From positions 3,050 through 67,049 of IMG/VR virus record IMGVR_UViG_3300012228_000003: 64,000 nt of DNA. One strand, given 5' to 3'. Below the pieces are notes generated by a model. That model saw only the letters and a program-made list of their open reading frames with translations, was not told where the DNA came from and did not search any database. The DNA comes from a virus. Positions 14,959-24,633 of this stretch are shown piece by piece. Each line of letters begins with the position of its first letter. Position 1 is the first letter of the stretch. Position numbers and translations under genes: made by a program.

Positions 14959-16988
14959 CAGATCGCCATCCCTTCGGCCCAGGAAGATTCGTGGTACTCC
15001 ATCGACACCGGCGTCGGCACGTTGATTCGCTTGCCGCTCTGCTCCATCAAATGCCGCAGCTTGCGATAGAGCGGCAGGTTGCCCAGCTTCGCTCGCTTGG
15101 GCATCTCGATCACTAGCTCGTCATGAACCTGGAGAACGATGGCCCCGTCGGTCACTTCGTCTTGACGCCACTCTTCGAGCTGCGCATCGCACGAAGTCAT
15201 CCCCAACATCATCCAGTAACAAGCCGTGCCCTGAACGTGATAGTTCAGCGGGGTCGTCGGCATGATCTTGCCCCACTGAGTCCGCTGGCAGAGCAGGGGG
15301 TAGCCCCTGGCGCAGCCCAGGCCAGAGTCGGGGATCGTCTCGACGTAGCCGAGCCTGTCGGCGCAAGACTTCATTTTATCGGAAAGCAAGGCGATGCGAG
15401 GGAAGCGGTGGCGAATCTTCTCGAAGGCTCCGTGCTGGTGATAGGTCGCATCGGCTTTCCTCTGCTGCGCTCCGTAGATCACCGAGAAGTTTCCGTTCTT
15501 GACCCACTGGTAGAGGGTCGCCTCGAACTCGACCTTGAACCCCTTGCCCCACTTCGCAAACTCCTTCGGCCAGAGCAAGTCGCAGATGACCAAGTGATAA
15601 CTGCCGTAGTAGGGTCCGTCATCGGGATGCTCGAAGACCCACATCAAGTCCTTCTCTTGAGCCTCGAAGGTCGGGATGCGCAGCTCAAGGTTCTGCCCGT
15701 CCATCGAGACCCACTCTCTCCCCGGCCCCGGCCCGAACATCCAGCGCAGGTTCTTGCCCTTCCTCTTGAGGTCGCCCATCTCGGCGAGGTTCTTCTTCGA
15801 TATCTGCTGACCGTTCGGATTGCTCATCGAGCCGCGCATGGTCACCGTCCCGGTCGGGTTGTAGTTCGGGTAGAGCCGCCGATGGTCCTCGTCCTCTCCG
15901 GGCAACCAGAACTTCTCGTAGCTCTTGACGTAGCCGAGGGCCGTCTGCCGCTTGCGATAGTGCTGAAGATTGAGGACGAACTCCTGCGCCGGACTGCCAA
16001 ACTCCAGCTCGTGGACCCAGTCGTCGAGGACCTCGGCGTCCATCGCAGGCCCTCCCGTCTCGGTCCGCTTCGGATGGCTCAGCTTGAACTTGCCGAAGAC
16101 GACCTCGTCGAGGGCCTTCGAGCGACCGTTGACCGGCAGCACCGCGATGGCCCCCTCGCTCAGCTCGACGCAGCGCCGGCGGCAAGCCTCCGAGGTCTTG
16201 CCGTACTCGACCTTGAGGATCTCGGCGCGGCTCTTGATCGCAGTTACCGAGGCTCGTTCCATGCGACAGATCGAGGGGAGGGCCTTGATGCACTCAAGGT
16301 AGACCTCCCAGAGGTCCCTCTCTCTCAGCTCACGCTCCATCACCTTCCAGAGCGCCAAGGTCGAGATCGAATCCCCGTTGGAGTAGTCCGAGAGGACGGT
16401 CCACCAGGGATGATTCTCAGGGTACTTCAGCGTCTTCGCCACGGCTCTGGGTAGCCACATGTCGGCTCGCCAGGTCGAACCCTCCTCGACTCCCTTGGCC
16501 TTCTTGTCCTTGTCCTTGCCCTTGATCGAGGGCATTAAGGGGTCGCCGGCCTTCGCCAGGCGCCAGAGAGGAAACTTGGCCTTGGCAATCTTCTTCGCAG
16601 CTTTGACCGCGACCTCCAGGGCATCTTCGAGGGGCTTGATATTGTGACCAAGATAGATCGAGCACATCAAGGTCAGGTCGTGAGGCTGCGAGGAGGCCAG
16701 GACGTGACCGGCTCTCAAGGTGCAGTGGCCGGGGTTCCAGGGCAGCTCGACCCCGATTGAGGCCAGCGCGTGGAAGTCGAACTTGCGGTTCTGAAGGACG
16801 GACTCTTCTCGCAAGACCTCCCTGATCTCGCGGAGGTCCTGCGCCAAGATGATCGGCTTGCGGGTCAGGGGGTCGACGTCCCACTGCCACTCGGTCGTGC
16901 TCAGGTCCTCGTGAGCGACGGTCACGAAGAAGGGCCTGGCGCCGTGATATAGGTCTAGCCCCGTGCACTCCGTATCTACAGCAATCAT
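14958..16988 (-). CDS. polA: DNA polymerase family A with 3'-5' exonuclease
   Basis: AVDTECTG, NRKFD, motif A DGQNLELR, motif B KNGNFSVIYG, motif C VHDEL. Confidence 0.9.
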   Translation of the reverse strand: MIAVDTECTGLDLYHGARPFFVTVAHEDLSTTEWQWDVDPLTRKPIILAQDLREIREVLREESVLQNRKFDFHALASIGVELPWNPGHCTLRAGHVLASSQPHDLTLMCSIYLGHNIKPLEDALEVAVKAAKKIAKAKFPLWRLAKAGDPLMPSIKGKDKDKKAKGVEEGSTWRADMWLPRAVAKTLKYPENHPWWTVLSDYSNGDSISTLALWKVMERELRERDLWEVYLECIKALPSICRMERASVTAIKSRAEILKVEYGKTSEACRRRCVELSEGAIAVLPVNGRSKALDEVVFGKFKLSHPKRTETGGPAMDAEVLDDWVHELEFGSPAQEFVLNLQHYRKRQTALGYVKSYEKFWLPGEDEDHRRLYPNYNPTGTVTMRGSMSNPNGQQISKKNLAEMGDLKRKGKNLRWMFGPGPGREWVSMDGQNLELRIPTFEAQEKDLMWVFEHPDDGPYYGSYHLVICDLLWPKEFAKWGKGFKVEFEATLYQWVKNGNFSVIYGAQQRKADATYHQHGAFEKIRHRFPRIALLSDKMKSCADRLGYVETIPDSGLGCARGYPLLCQRTQWGKIMPTTPLNYHVQGTACYWMMLGMTSCDAQLEEWRQDEVTDGAIVLQVHDELVIEMPKRAKLGNLPLYRKLRHLMEQSGKRINVPTPVSMEYHESSWAEGMAI

Positions 16989-16994
16989 CCTTGA

Positions 16995-17321
16995 CTACTC
17001 CTTGTTGAGTTCTGCGACCAGTGCCTTGAGTTCCCTGACGGCCTTGGCGATGTCCCCACTAGCGAAGTACCATTGCCTGATCCTCTTGAGCTTCTTGCTC
17101 AGGACTTCTTCTTCCCTTCGCCGTCGGTCATCGATGGCCTTCTTCTGCTTTGCGATGGCCTTCAAGCGAGGATGAGAGGCCAAGAGTTCCTTGGTGATCT
17201 CCTCTTCCTCTTCGCTCAGGGCCGCATAGTCAGGGTCCTGGTATCGATAGTTTCTCTGAGACAGTTCCCTCATCAAATTCTCGACCATCCTCTTGGATGG
17301 CATTGGTTCGATCTCTTTCAT
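16995..17321 (-). CDS. Hypothetical coiled-coil protein
   Basis: AAGGAG RBS; ATGA overlap. Confidence 0.6.
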   Translation of the reverse strand: MKEIEPMPSKRMVENLMRELSQRNYRYQDPDYAALSEEEEEITKELLASHPRLKAIAKQKKAIDDRRRREEEVLSKKLKRIRQWYFASGDIAKAVRELKALVAELNKE

Positions 17322-17875
17322 TTGTTCTCCTTCATCGCTTTGCGAAATGCTTCCAGTGACTCGTAGAGGGGAGGAAACTCCCTGCCCTCGACGACCAGGC
17401 GCCACTCTTGCCACTCGACCGAGGACCAGGACCGATGGCGCTTGTCGTCCGGTCTCTCCAGCCCGACCTCTCTCAAGATGCTCCTGCCCCTCTCCAAGAT
17501 GTCCTCCATCTCCTGCCGAGAGATGACCCCCTTCTCCACTAGACTCCTCAGAAACCCCGGATGGATGAAGCCGTGGCACTTGCCGCAGAGAGGGACGGTC
17601 TCGACGTAGGTCGAGCGACCGAGCAGCCAGTCGATCTCGTATCGCTCGTGGCATTCGAGGCGACCGATGGCGAAGTCCTTGCAGGCAATGCAGTGATAGT
17701 CGGTTGAATCTCTCGCCTTGACCTTGACCTCGTTCCACCAAGCCTCCCCCATCACGACCCTCGGCGCGGTGCCGGAGAGGGGAACGGGAATCGGCGGGTC
17801 CAGCAGGACTTCGGGGCGAGGAGTCCAGATCGCTGGCTTGCGCTGCCGCAGGTTCTTCTTCAGAGGTTCGCTCAT
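17318..17875 (-). CDS. HNH-like nuclease
   Basis: CIAC...LECHERY...LCGKCHGFIH. Confidence 0.7.
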   Translation of the reverse strand: MSEPLKKNLRQRKPAIWTPRPEVLLDPPIPVPLSGTAPRVVMGEAWWNEVKVKARDSTDYHCIACKDFAIGRLECHERYEIDWLLGRSTYVETVPLCGKCHGFIHPGFLRSLVEKGVISRQEMEDILERGRSILREVGLERPDDKRHRSWSSVEWQEWRLVVEGREFPPLYESLEAFRKAMKENK

Positions 17876-18073
17876 CGACTTGCCTTGAAAGGTGAGGGGG
17901 CCGAGGTGTCCCGACCGAGGCCGAAGGACCCAAACAATCGGCCTGGCAAGGCGGCCCCCTCATAGTAAATAGGTTGGCGACTATCATCATCCTTTGGTCC
18001 TAGCCGTACAAGCGATTTCTCTCCGGCTCGCATCAGACTACTTTCATCGCTTCCCCTACCATCGATGGATCAA

Positions 18074-19354
18074 CTACTCCAACTGGCCCCACGGAATCGG
18101 ATGACTCCTGCCGTCCTTGACCACCGGCTTCTCGGTCGTCAGGTTCTTGAGGGTCACCGTCTCGTTCTTGAGGTTGACGGTCAGGACCTCGTAGTCCGAG
18201 GGCTTCAGCGGCTTCTTGGTTTTCGGGTCGATCATCGGCTTACCCTCTTTGGTCTTCCAGCACCACTTGACTACCGACCCCTTGACCGGCGAGATCGGCG
18301 CTTCCTCGGCAGGAGCTTCCTCTGCCGGGGCCTCTTCGCTCGGCGCTTCTTCGCCGGGAGCCTCTCCACCCTCCGCTGCGGCACTGGCCTCCTGGCACAT
18401 CGTCAGCACGATGGCCCAAGAGTCCGCGTTCTTCATCGCCTCGGCCTCTATGCCCAGCGAGAGGCCCAGGTCAATCAGCTTCTTACAGGCGGCCTTGCCG
18501 GCGGGAGTCTTGCCTGAAGGGTCCTTGTCCGCCGCCACCGCGACCGCTTCCCAGTCCTCGCTCTCTTCTGCCGCCGCAGGAGCCTCGGCGCCTTCATCGG
18601 GAGGAGCCTCGTCCCCGGCGGCTTCGGTCTCAGGCGGCGCTTCGTCTGCGGGAACCTCCTGCGCCGAGTCGTCCATCGGAGCCTCGCCTTCATCGGCAGG
18701 GGCGTCGCAGCGCCCGTTCCACTCCTCGTTGACTCGCGGTTCGAGATCCGCATAGGGATTCTTTTTCTTCGCCTCTTCCTTCGTCGCGTAGGGGCCGCTC
18801 TTCGTCGAGGTCCCCTGCACCGCATACCACTTGCCCTGGCGCTGGACGATCTCGGTCTTCTTGCCCTTCCAGGTCCTGAAAGTGAAGAAGGTCGGGTTCT
18901 CCGGGGCGACCAGTTCTTCCATCGAAGCCTGGAGGAAGGCGTCGACCTCCTCCGGCGTCATGTCCCCGTCGGTCGCGGCGGTGTCGACCCCCAGCAGCTT
19001 GAGGTGGTTGAGCATGTCCGCGTAGTGCTCTGCGAAGGTCGCCTTGGCCTTGCCCGGCGTGTCGCAGAGAGGGATCGGCCCGATCTTCGTGTGCAACCCT
19101 CGGCACGGTCTGCCGTCGTGAGAGACCGGGCTGCGGACGATTCCCTGCGCCATGAAGTAGGGCTGCCCCTTGAGGTCCCCGGTCTTGTACTCGTCAATCT
19201 TGATCATGCTCAGCTTGGCGACTCCCCCTTCGATTCCCGATGGCAGGGTAGCGTTCCCTGCCTCCGGCGGCTTGTCCTTGTTTGCCTTGTGAGCTGCGGC
19301 GACCTTCGCGCCAAGCTTCTTGGCCAGCGGTGCGTTCTTCTTGACTCCCGGCAT
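18074..19354 (-). CDS. Acidic replication-module protein, possibly ssDNA-binding
   Basis: Follows the nuclease and AAA genes; long E/A/P-rich linkers; AAGGAG RBS. Function inferred from context only. Confidence 0.5.
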   Translation of the reverse strand: MPGVKKNAPLAKKLGAKVAAAHKANKDKPPEAGNATLPSGIEGGVAKLSMIKIDEYKTGDLKGQPYFMAQGIVRSPVSHDGRPCRGLHTKIGPIPLCDTPGKAKATFAEHYADMLNHLKLLGVDTAATDGDMTPEEVDAFLQASMEELVAPENPTFFTFRTWKGKKTEIVQRQGKWYAVQGTSTKSGPYATKEEAKKKNPYADLEPRVNEEWNGRCDAPADEGEAPMDDSAQEVPADEAPPETEAAGDEAPPDEGAEAPAAAEESEDWEAVAVAADKDPSGKTPAGKAACKKLIDLGLSLGIEAEAMKNADSWAIVLTMCQEASAAAEGGEAPGEEAPSEEAPAEEAPAEEAPISPVKGSVVKWCWKTKEGKPMIDPKTKKPLKPSDYEVLTVNLKNETVTLKNLTTEKPVVKDGRSHPIPWGQLE

Positions 19355-19414
19355 GATATCTATCTCCTTGGGTCCGCGGGTTTTGAAAGAGGCCCCGCAG
19401 TGATTGCCTCGTGG

Positions 19415-20404
19415 TTAAATCTCGCTTGCCTTCTGCTGCTTGACTCCGATGACCAGCCTCTCAATCCTCTCGAAGATGTCGGTCCTCTTACCCTCCTGCT
19501 CTTGAGGGACCTCGATGAACTCAGGGACGTTCAGCGGAACCTCTGAGCGACAGCCGGCCATGAAGTTCGGATGGAACATCGTACGCAGCTTGCGGATCAT
19601 CTTGCCGGTCTCGACCTCGGTAGGCGTACCTGGTCGGGTCTTCTCGCTGCCCGGAATCTTGATCGACCTGCCCGGAACGACCTTGATCTCCTTCTCCTGA
19701 TAGAGGTGGCAGATGTAGTCGCAGGAGTCTTGAAGCCACTTCGCGGTGGCGCCTCCGAGGTCGACCGAGAAGAAGGACTCCGAGTGAGCGCCACGCAGCA
19801 TCTTCGAGATCACCCGGTCCCCCTTGATCGAGTTGTGATCCTTCATCTGCGCCAGGAAGACCGTGTGGGCGTCGACGTTGATGAAGGGCCGCAGGACTTC
19901 CCTTGTCCTCTCGGATCGCTGGCGGTACTGGTCCTCGGTGACCATCCCCCAGTTGAGCTGGTCGGCAACTTCGGGCAGGTCCAGTATCTCTTGCAGGATG
20001 AGGTCCTGAAGAGAAGTCACGGTGTCGACTATGATAGTATTGAACGGACAACTCACCGCTTTGAGTTCCTTGGCAAGCTGGGTCAGCTTCGTCGAGGCCC
20101 ACTCGTTCTGCTTGACTCCTCTATGGTCCTTCTCTCCCTTGTTGACGACGTGGATGAAGCTGATTCCCTTCTCGGCCTTGGCGGTCTTGGCGCCTCCGCT
20201 CTGCCCCGGCTCGCAGGAGATCAAGAGGGCAGGCTTGGGAAACTTCGAGGCGAGGTACGTCTTGCCCGTCCTGTTGGCGCCGTAGACCGCGATCTTGATG
20301 TAGTCCGTGACCAGTTCCGAGATGTCGATGGCCTCGGAGAGAACCGAGCCTGGCAGGGTCTTGATCGCCCTAGAAGGCGCTTGCTGAGAGATCGAAGGCA
20401 TCAT
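19415..20404 (-). CDS. AAA_24/Sak4-like ATPase
   Basis: YGANRTGKT Walker A, IIVDTVT Walker B. Confidence 0.8.
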   Translation of the reverse strand: MMPSISQQAPSRAIKTLPGSVLSEAIDISELVTDYIKIAVYGANRTGKTYLASKFPKPALLISCEPGQSGGAKTAKAEKGISFIHVVNKGEKDHRGVKQNEWASTKLTQLAKELKAVSCPFNTIIVDTVTSLQDLILQEILDLPEVADQLNWGMVTEDQYRQRSERTREVLRPFINVDAHTVFLAQMKDHNSIKGDRVISKMLRGAHSESFFSVDLGGATAKWLQDSCDYICHLYQEKEIKVVPGRSIKIPGSEKTRPGTPTEVETGKMIRKLRTMFHPNFMAGCRSEVPLNVPEFIEVPQEQEGKRTDIFERIERLVIGVKQQKASEI

Positions 20405-20646
20405 TGCTCCTTTTGCTTCGCTTTGAAGGCTTCGGTGAACTTGTTGGAGGTTCCGAGATCGGCCAGTCCCATCTGAGCCAGAGCCTCCCAGGTCGTCTGC
20501 TTTGCCTCAACCAACTTCTTGGCGGTCTTGTAGCAGGTCATGCAGAGGCCCTTATAAGCTATTGGAGACTTGCCGCAGGAGGGAGTCAGGCAGGAGAGCC
20601 GCTTGCTCTCAGGGGGGCCGGCGCTGCCGAGGTCGATTGATGGCAT
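20401..20646 (-). CDS. Small Zn-binding protein
   Basis: CLTPSC...GLCMTCY. Confidence 0.6.
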   Translation of the reverse strand: MPSIDLGSAGPPESKRLSCLTPSCGKSPIAYKGLCMTCYKTAKKLVEAKQTTWEALAQMGLADLGTSNKFTEAFKAKQKEQ

Positions 20647-20675
20647 ATCTCAATCCTAATCGAAATCAAGTAGCC

Positions 20676-21203
20676 CTAGAAAGGGCAGGTCAATTCGTGA
20701 TACAGCTTTAGAAAGCGCTCCTTGGATTCTTCTGGAGTCCAAGGTTCGATCAATCCTTCAAGGGGCTGCACCCCTTCGAGACAGTCCCACGTCTGAGAAT
20801 CCCCCATCAAATCTCTTCTCTCGGTCGCCAGCATTCGCAAATCCATCTCCTCCACGCGACGATCGAACCTTTCGATATTGCCAAGGGTGAGGAAGATGAC
20901 GGCTTGGACGATAGCCTCGATCCCCTTGTATCTCGGCAACAGCCTCTTGATCGGTCTCGGCAAGTCGCAGAGGTATGCCTCCTGTGCGTCGTGGAGGAGG
21001 AAGTGTAGGGCGACCTTGTTGTTCTCGAAAGCCTCGGCGCCGATCACGCAATGTTGGGCGACCGAGTAGAACTTCCTGCAATGCCCTCCGAACCGGCAGA
21101 GATTCGAGAGGGCATGAGCTACGTCCTTGATGTCAACCTCGCAAGGTTCCGGGTCAAGGATGTGAAACTTCTTGCCGGTGAAGGTCTGAATCCACTCGCT
21201 CAT
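20676..21203 (-). CDS. HD-domain 5'-deoxynucleotidase (YfbR-like)
   Basis: AHALSNLCRFGGH, YSVAQH, LLHDAQEAYLCDLPRPIK. Confidence 0.85.
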   Translation of the reverse strand: MSEWIQTFTGKKFHILDPEPCEVDIKDVAHALSNLCRFGGHCRKFYSVAQHCVIGAEAFENNKVALHFLLHDAQEAYLCDLPRPIKRLLPRYKGIEAIVQAVIFLTLGNIERFDRRVEEMDLRMLATERRDLMGDSQTWDCLEGVQPLEGLIEPWTPEESKERFLKLYHELTCPF

Positions 21204-21206
21204 AGA

Positions 21207-22331
21207 TCATCCTTTCTTCTCGACGTTCAATTCGGGGAAGAGTCGGCCTCGATAGATCAGCCCGGTCGAGTTGCCGGTCTCGATGTAGGAGTCGTACTCG
21301 GTCGCCCCGGTCTCGATCAGTTGATTATAGACTCCGAAGGGCGCCCGCCAGTGAACGGGATTCTGGTAGAGGTCGATCTTCGTCCCGTGACAATTCCTGA
21401 TCCAGTCGTACCAGTCACAGAGCTGCTCCAGGAGGGGAATCAGACACTCCCTGCCAAACCTCTCGACCTCCTTGGCGCTGACCTTCGAGTTCCAGCGCTT
21501 GAACCAGTTCTCTGGCTCGGCGTCGAGGTAGTCTCGCCGGAACCTGCCGAAGTATTCGTCGACCGTTTCCCCTCGTGGCTTGCTCTTGGTCGGCTGGTGC
21601 TGGCGGATCGGCATGTCCCGGCGGATGACATTGTAGCGAACGCCTTGAATCCTCATTCCTCGGAACATCTCTACCAGATTAGGAGACTTACTAGGGGCAA
21701 CATAGAGAGAAGTAAGGTAGGTCATCGTCTGCAAGTCAAAGCGCAGCGCCCTTCTCAACTGAGCCTCATCAATCTTACTCTTGGTTTTGTTCTCCATAAG
21801 CCAGATTCCGGCATTCTCCCCCTCTGGAATTAAGTCTACCGAGTCCCACTTTCCTCGTAGGTAGATAGTTCGCTTGGAAGGAAGGATAATAGGGACGTGA
21901 AACTCTGCCTCTTGCAAGAGAGGTTGCCTATTGTCCTGGTCGGGATGGGTCAACCAATAGCACTGATAGCAGGGAAACTGAACCAAGCAAATCGTTGCCC
22001 AATGTTCTATGGTCTCCCGCTCAAAAGGGAACTCCTCGAACTGCTGCCTCATATAAGCGATGAGAGGTTTCTTGTGATCCTTCTTAGCTGCCGCCGCCTC
22101 CTCACAAACGTGCCACATGTTGCCGTAGCCCATCGGCTTGGACCATCCCTGAGAGGGTTCGAGGCCCAAGAAATACTTGATGCGGAAGCGCTCCCTGCAG
22201 CAGAGGAAGCGCTGGAGCATCGATTGGGTGATGCCCCCCTTTGGTCCTGGGTCCTCCGGCCCAGCCCAGAGAGGTTCCTTGGAGCGCTTAGGTAGAGGTT
22301 TCGATTTCAACTGATTAATCAGGGCGGTCAC
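21207..22331 (-). CDS. PD-(D/E)xK (RecB/Cas4-like) exonuclease
   Basis: TQSMLQRFLCC, GNMWH, QEAEF, RGKWD, ENKT, QTMTY; GTG start after AAGGAG. Confidence 0.8.
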   Translation of the reverse strand: MTALINQLKSKPLPKRSKEPLWAGPEDPGPKGGITQSMLQRFLCCRERFRIKYFLGLEPSQGWSKPMGYGNMWHVCEEAAAAKKDHKKPLIAYMRQQFEEFPFERETIEHWATICLVQFPCYQCYWLTHPDQDNRQPLLQEAEFHVPIILPSKRTIYLRGKWDSVDLIPEGENAGIWLMENKTKSKIDEAQLRRALRFDLQTMTYLTSLYVAPSKSPNLVEMFRGMRIQGVRYNVIRRDMPIRQHQPTKSKPRGETVDEYFGRFRRDYLDAEPENWFKRWNSKVSAKEVERFGRECLIPLLEQLCDWYDWIRNCHGTKIDLYQNPVHWRAPFGVYNQLIETGATEYDSYIETGNSTGLIYRGRLFPELNVEKKG

Positions 22332-22521
22332 TTGTATGCTCCTTTCTTGCTCGCTCTTGAGAGGCTGTTCCGGATTCGATGCCAGTAGACCAGCCAATCT
22401 CCTCGTCAAAACATCTATCACAATGACTACACATTTCAGGCGGCTGCTCTTCGCCAGTCCCTTTGCAATGGCTACACAAGTCTTCTACTGGGCAATCAAA
22501 CCCAATGATCTGACAGTTCAT
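22315..22521 (-). CDS. Small Cys-rich protein
   Basis: CSHCKGTG...CSHCDRC; ATGA overlap. Confidence 0.45.
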   Translation of the reverse strand: MNCQIIGFDCPVEDLCSHCKGTGEEQPPEMCSHCDRCFDEEIGWSTGIESGTASQERARKEHTSDRPD

Positions 22522-23081
22522 TCGTTCATCTCCTGAATTGCGGTAGCCAAGGTTACTTTGGCCATCTGCGCCATCATGTCCTTCTGTGCAATGTTTGCCC
22601 TCAGCACCGCCGAGGGATGGGTGATATTGATGATCTTGACATCCTCAAGCCCCAGTCCTGGCCTCATCTTGGCTACCCACTTTCCGGCCAAGGCGCCGAC
22701 GCAGACGACCAGCTTAAGCCTCGGCTTGCACATCGCGATGAACTCTCGCAGCCGAGGTTCGCAAGCCTTGATCTGCGACGGCTCTGGCTGATAGTCCCCC
22801 TCTAGCTTGGCATCGCGAGGGAAGCAAGCTACAAGATTTGTGTAAGCGGTCTTGACCTCGCCGTCGCCGATTGCCCAGGCGATCCACTCGTCCAGCAAGT
22901 GCCCTGCCGGTCCGGCGAAGGGGTAGCCGAGGTCGTTCTCCGAGGTTCCCGGCGCCTCCCCGATGAAGAGCACGTCGCAGGGCAAGCTGCCCCGTCCGAG
23001 GCAAATCTTGTCCCGCTGGTTGCAGAGGTCGCAGCGAGTACAGGCTTCCCAGTAGAGAGAGTGCTTCTTCCAGGGGGTCAT
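22518..23081 (-). CDS. udg: Uracil-DNA glycosylase family 4
   Basis: CTRCDLC, FIGEAPG..E, PFAGPAG, TNLVACFP, THPS. Confidence 0.9.
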   Translation of the reverse strand: MTPWKKHSLYWEACTRCDLCNQRDKICLGRGSLPCDVLFIGEAPGTSENDLGYPFAGPAGHLLDEWIAWAIGDGEVKTAYTNLVACFPRDAKLEGDYQPEPSQIKACEPRLREFIAMCKPRLKLVVCVGALAGKWVAKMRPGLGLEDVKIINITHPSAVLRANIAQKDMMAQMAKVTLATAIQEMNE

Positions 23082-23266
23082 CGTTTTCTCGCCCTTTCCT
23101 TCTCGGCCTTGATAGCATCCTTGATCGCACTTTCGGCCATCACATCAGGATCGTAGCTCTTATACCAGCACATCTCCAGCTCGAAAACCAGCGCGCGATA
23201 CTACTCCAAAGTTTGCCCAATCCCGTTGACCTTCGGAGGCAGCAGAATCTTCGCGAGCCTCTTCAT
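23078..23266 (-). pseudogene. Small ORF interrupted by an in-frame TAG
   Basis: MKRLAK...QTLE*YRALVFE...RARKR, with ATGA overlaps at both ends. Confidence 0.55.
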
Positions 23267-23652
23267 ACCACTGCCTCCGCTTGCAATGCCGGCGCCGCCA
23301 GTCGGTCCCCGAAGACCTCCGGGTTCAGCGCCGTCGAGCCATCTAACAGAATCGTCAAGACCGCCTTGCCGGGAACCCTGACCCATCCTCTGCCAGAGTC
23401 GAGGAAGCACCGGATCAGCCTGGCCCCGGCCTCCCTGCCGTAGTTGCGAGCGAGGTCAATGATGAGAGCAGCCTGAACCAGAGGGCAGAGGAAGGCCAGG
23501 GCCGGGGACTCCTCTATCGCCTCCCTGCCCTGCACGTCCAGCCGGCAGAGGTTCGGCCCGAAGAGCTTGACTCTCATGACCTCATCTATGAGGTCGAGGT
23601 CTTCGAGGAGAATCGCCAGCCGTCTGGACTCGTCGTCGATGAGCCTTGGCAT
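23263..23652 (-). CDS. Hypothetical protein (starts MPRLIDD)
   Basis: TGATG overlap with the ruvC stop. Confidence 0.65.
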   Translation of the reverse strand: MPRLIDDESRRLAILLEDLDLIDEVMRVKLFGPNLCRLDVQGREAIEESPALAFLCPLVQAALIIDLARNYGREAGARLIRCFLDSGRGWVRVPGKAVLTILLDGSTALNPEVFGDRLAAPALQAEAVV

Positions 23653-24161
23653 CAGAGGGTCCCCGTCCTTTTCCTTCGACAATACTCGGCCAGCAGCAGC
23701 GCATCCGCCGTAGCCAGCGTGATCTTGACGTTAGGGAACAACTGCTGTGCTTTCGCCTTGAGACGCCCCTTGAACTGCGTCCTGCTCTCCTGCTTCCCCT
23801 TGCTGGCAATGCCAAGGGCCTTCTGCCAGGTTCGGGGGATCACGGCCTCGAAGGGAATCTGAGCCGCCGTCAGCGCCATCCTCAAGCCCCCGTAGGAGCA
23901 GCCGAACTTGAACATAGCAGAGCCGGGCTGCCCCGATCCCTCGCGAGGGACGTAGCCACCGACCTGCTCGACGACTGCGAAGATTTCAACATCTCTTGAC
24001 TGCCAGAAGTAGCGATCCTGATAGAACCAATTCCAGATATCTCGCTCGCTCTCAGGCATCGACAAGACTTGAGAGTCGAAGTTAGAAATTGCAGCAAGAC
24101 CTCCAGAGGCTCCCGGGTCAATCCCGACGTATATGGCCGGACTCTCGATCAGATCAGGCAT
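23652..24161 (-). CDS. ruvC: RuvC-like Holliday junction resolvase
   Basis: VGIDPGASGGLA, VEQV, FKFG, WQK, ADALLLA. Confidence 0.85.
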   Translation of the reverse strand: MPDLIESPAIYVGIDPGASGGLAAISNFDSQVLSMPESERDIWNWFYQDRYFWQSRDVEIFAVVEQVGGYVPREGSGQPGSAMFKFGCSYGGLRMALTAAQIPFEAVIPRTWQKALGIASKGKQESRTQFKGRLKAKAQQLFPNVKITLATADALLLAEYCRRKRTGTL

Positions 24162-24375
24162 CTTCGACCTCCGTCGTCATGGTGAGAGACAGCCCGTCGT
24201 CGGCTATCTTGATGTGGACCTTGATCCCCTGGCGCCTGGCGGCAAAGCGAGCGGCCTGCGCCATCGTGTCAGTGCGGCCCCCGTAGTCCCTGCCCTGCCT
24301 CAAGCGGACCTGACCTCGCTTGAACCATTCGAGCCAGGGGTATCGCCGTCCGTATTTCTTCACTGCTTTGCTCAT
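24154..24375 (-). CDS. Small basic, probable DNA-binding protein; first gene of the leftward operon
   Basis: RRYPWLEWF...AARFAARRQGIKV. Confidence 0.6.
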   Translation of the reverse strand: MSKAVKKYGRRYPWLEWFKRGQVRLRQGRDYGGRTDTMAQAARFAARRQGIKVHIKIADDGLSLTMTTEVEDA

Positions 24376-24540
24376 GCTCTCATCCTATCAAATTGCCGAA
24401 GAGCTAGATATAAGGTCGAAAAAAGATTCTTTTCTTGTCCTTTGCAAGTCCTTGCAGCTAAAGGAGTTAGGACGATTCCCCCCCTCCCTTGCAAGATTTC
24501 TATTGCTTTTTTTCCGTCAGACCTTATTATAAGGTCTTAG
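24376..24540. promoter_or_regulatory. Divergent promoter region with palindromic operator
   Basis: Leftward -10 TAGGAT 6 nt before ATG 24375; rightward TTGCTT-N16-TATTAT; AGACCTTA-tta-TAAGGTCT at 24519-24537. Confidence 0.6.
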
Positions 24541-24633
24541 GCAATGCCTCTGAGATGTTCGACCTCTTTCGAGGACGGCCAGAGGATCGCCGAAGGAAGC
24601 CGGCAGAACCTAACAAGACTCCGGCAATGCAAG

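Noticed and set aside
20676-21203. DatZ / Z-genome (diaminopurine) system
   Set aside because: No PurZ or MazZ seen; the sequence fits a generic phage YfbR-like HD hydrolase
21207-22331. Cas4 as part of a CRISPR system
   Set aside because: No repeat-spacer array or other cas genes; it sits in the recombination module
2221-23203. Genome-wide TAG recoding
   Set aside because: Many genes end normally in TAG, the terL TAG is followed by TGA, and no suppressor tRNA was seen
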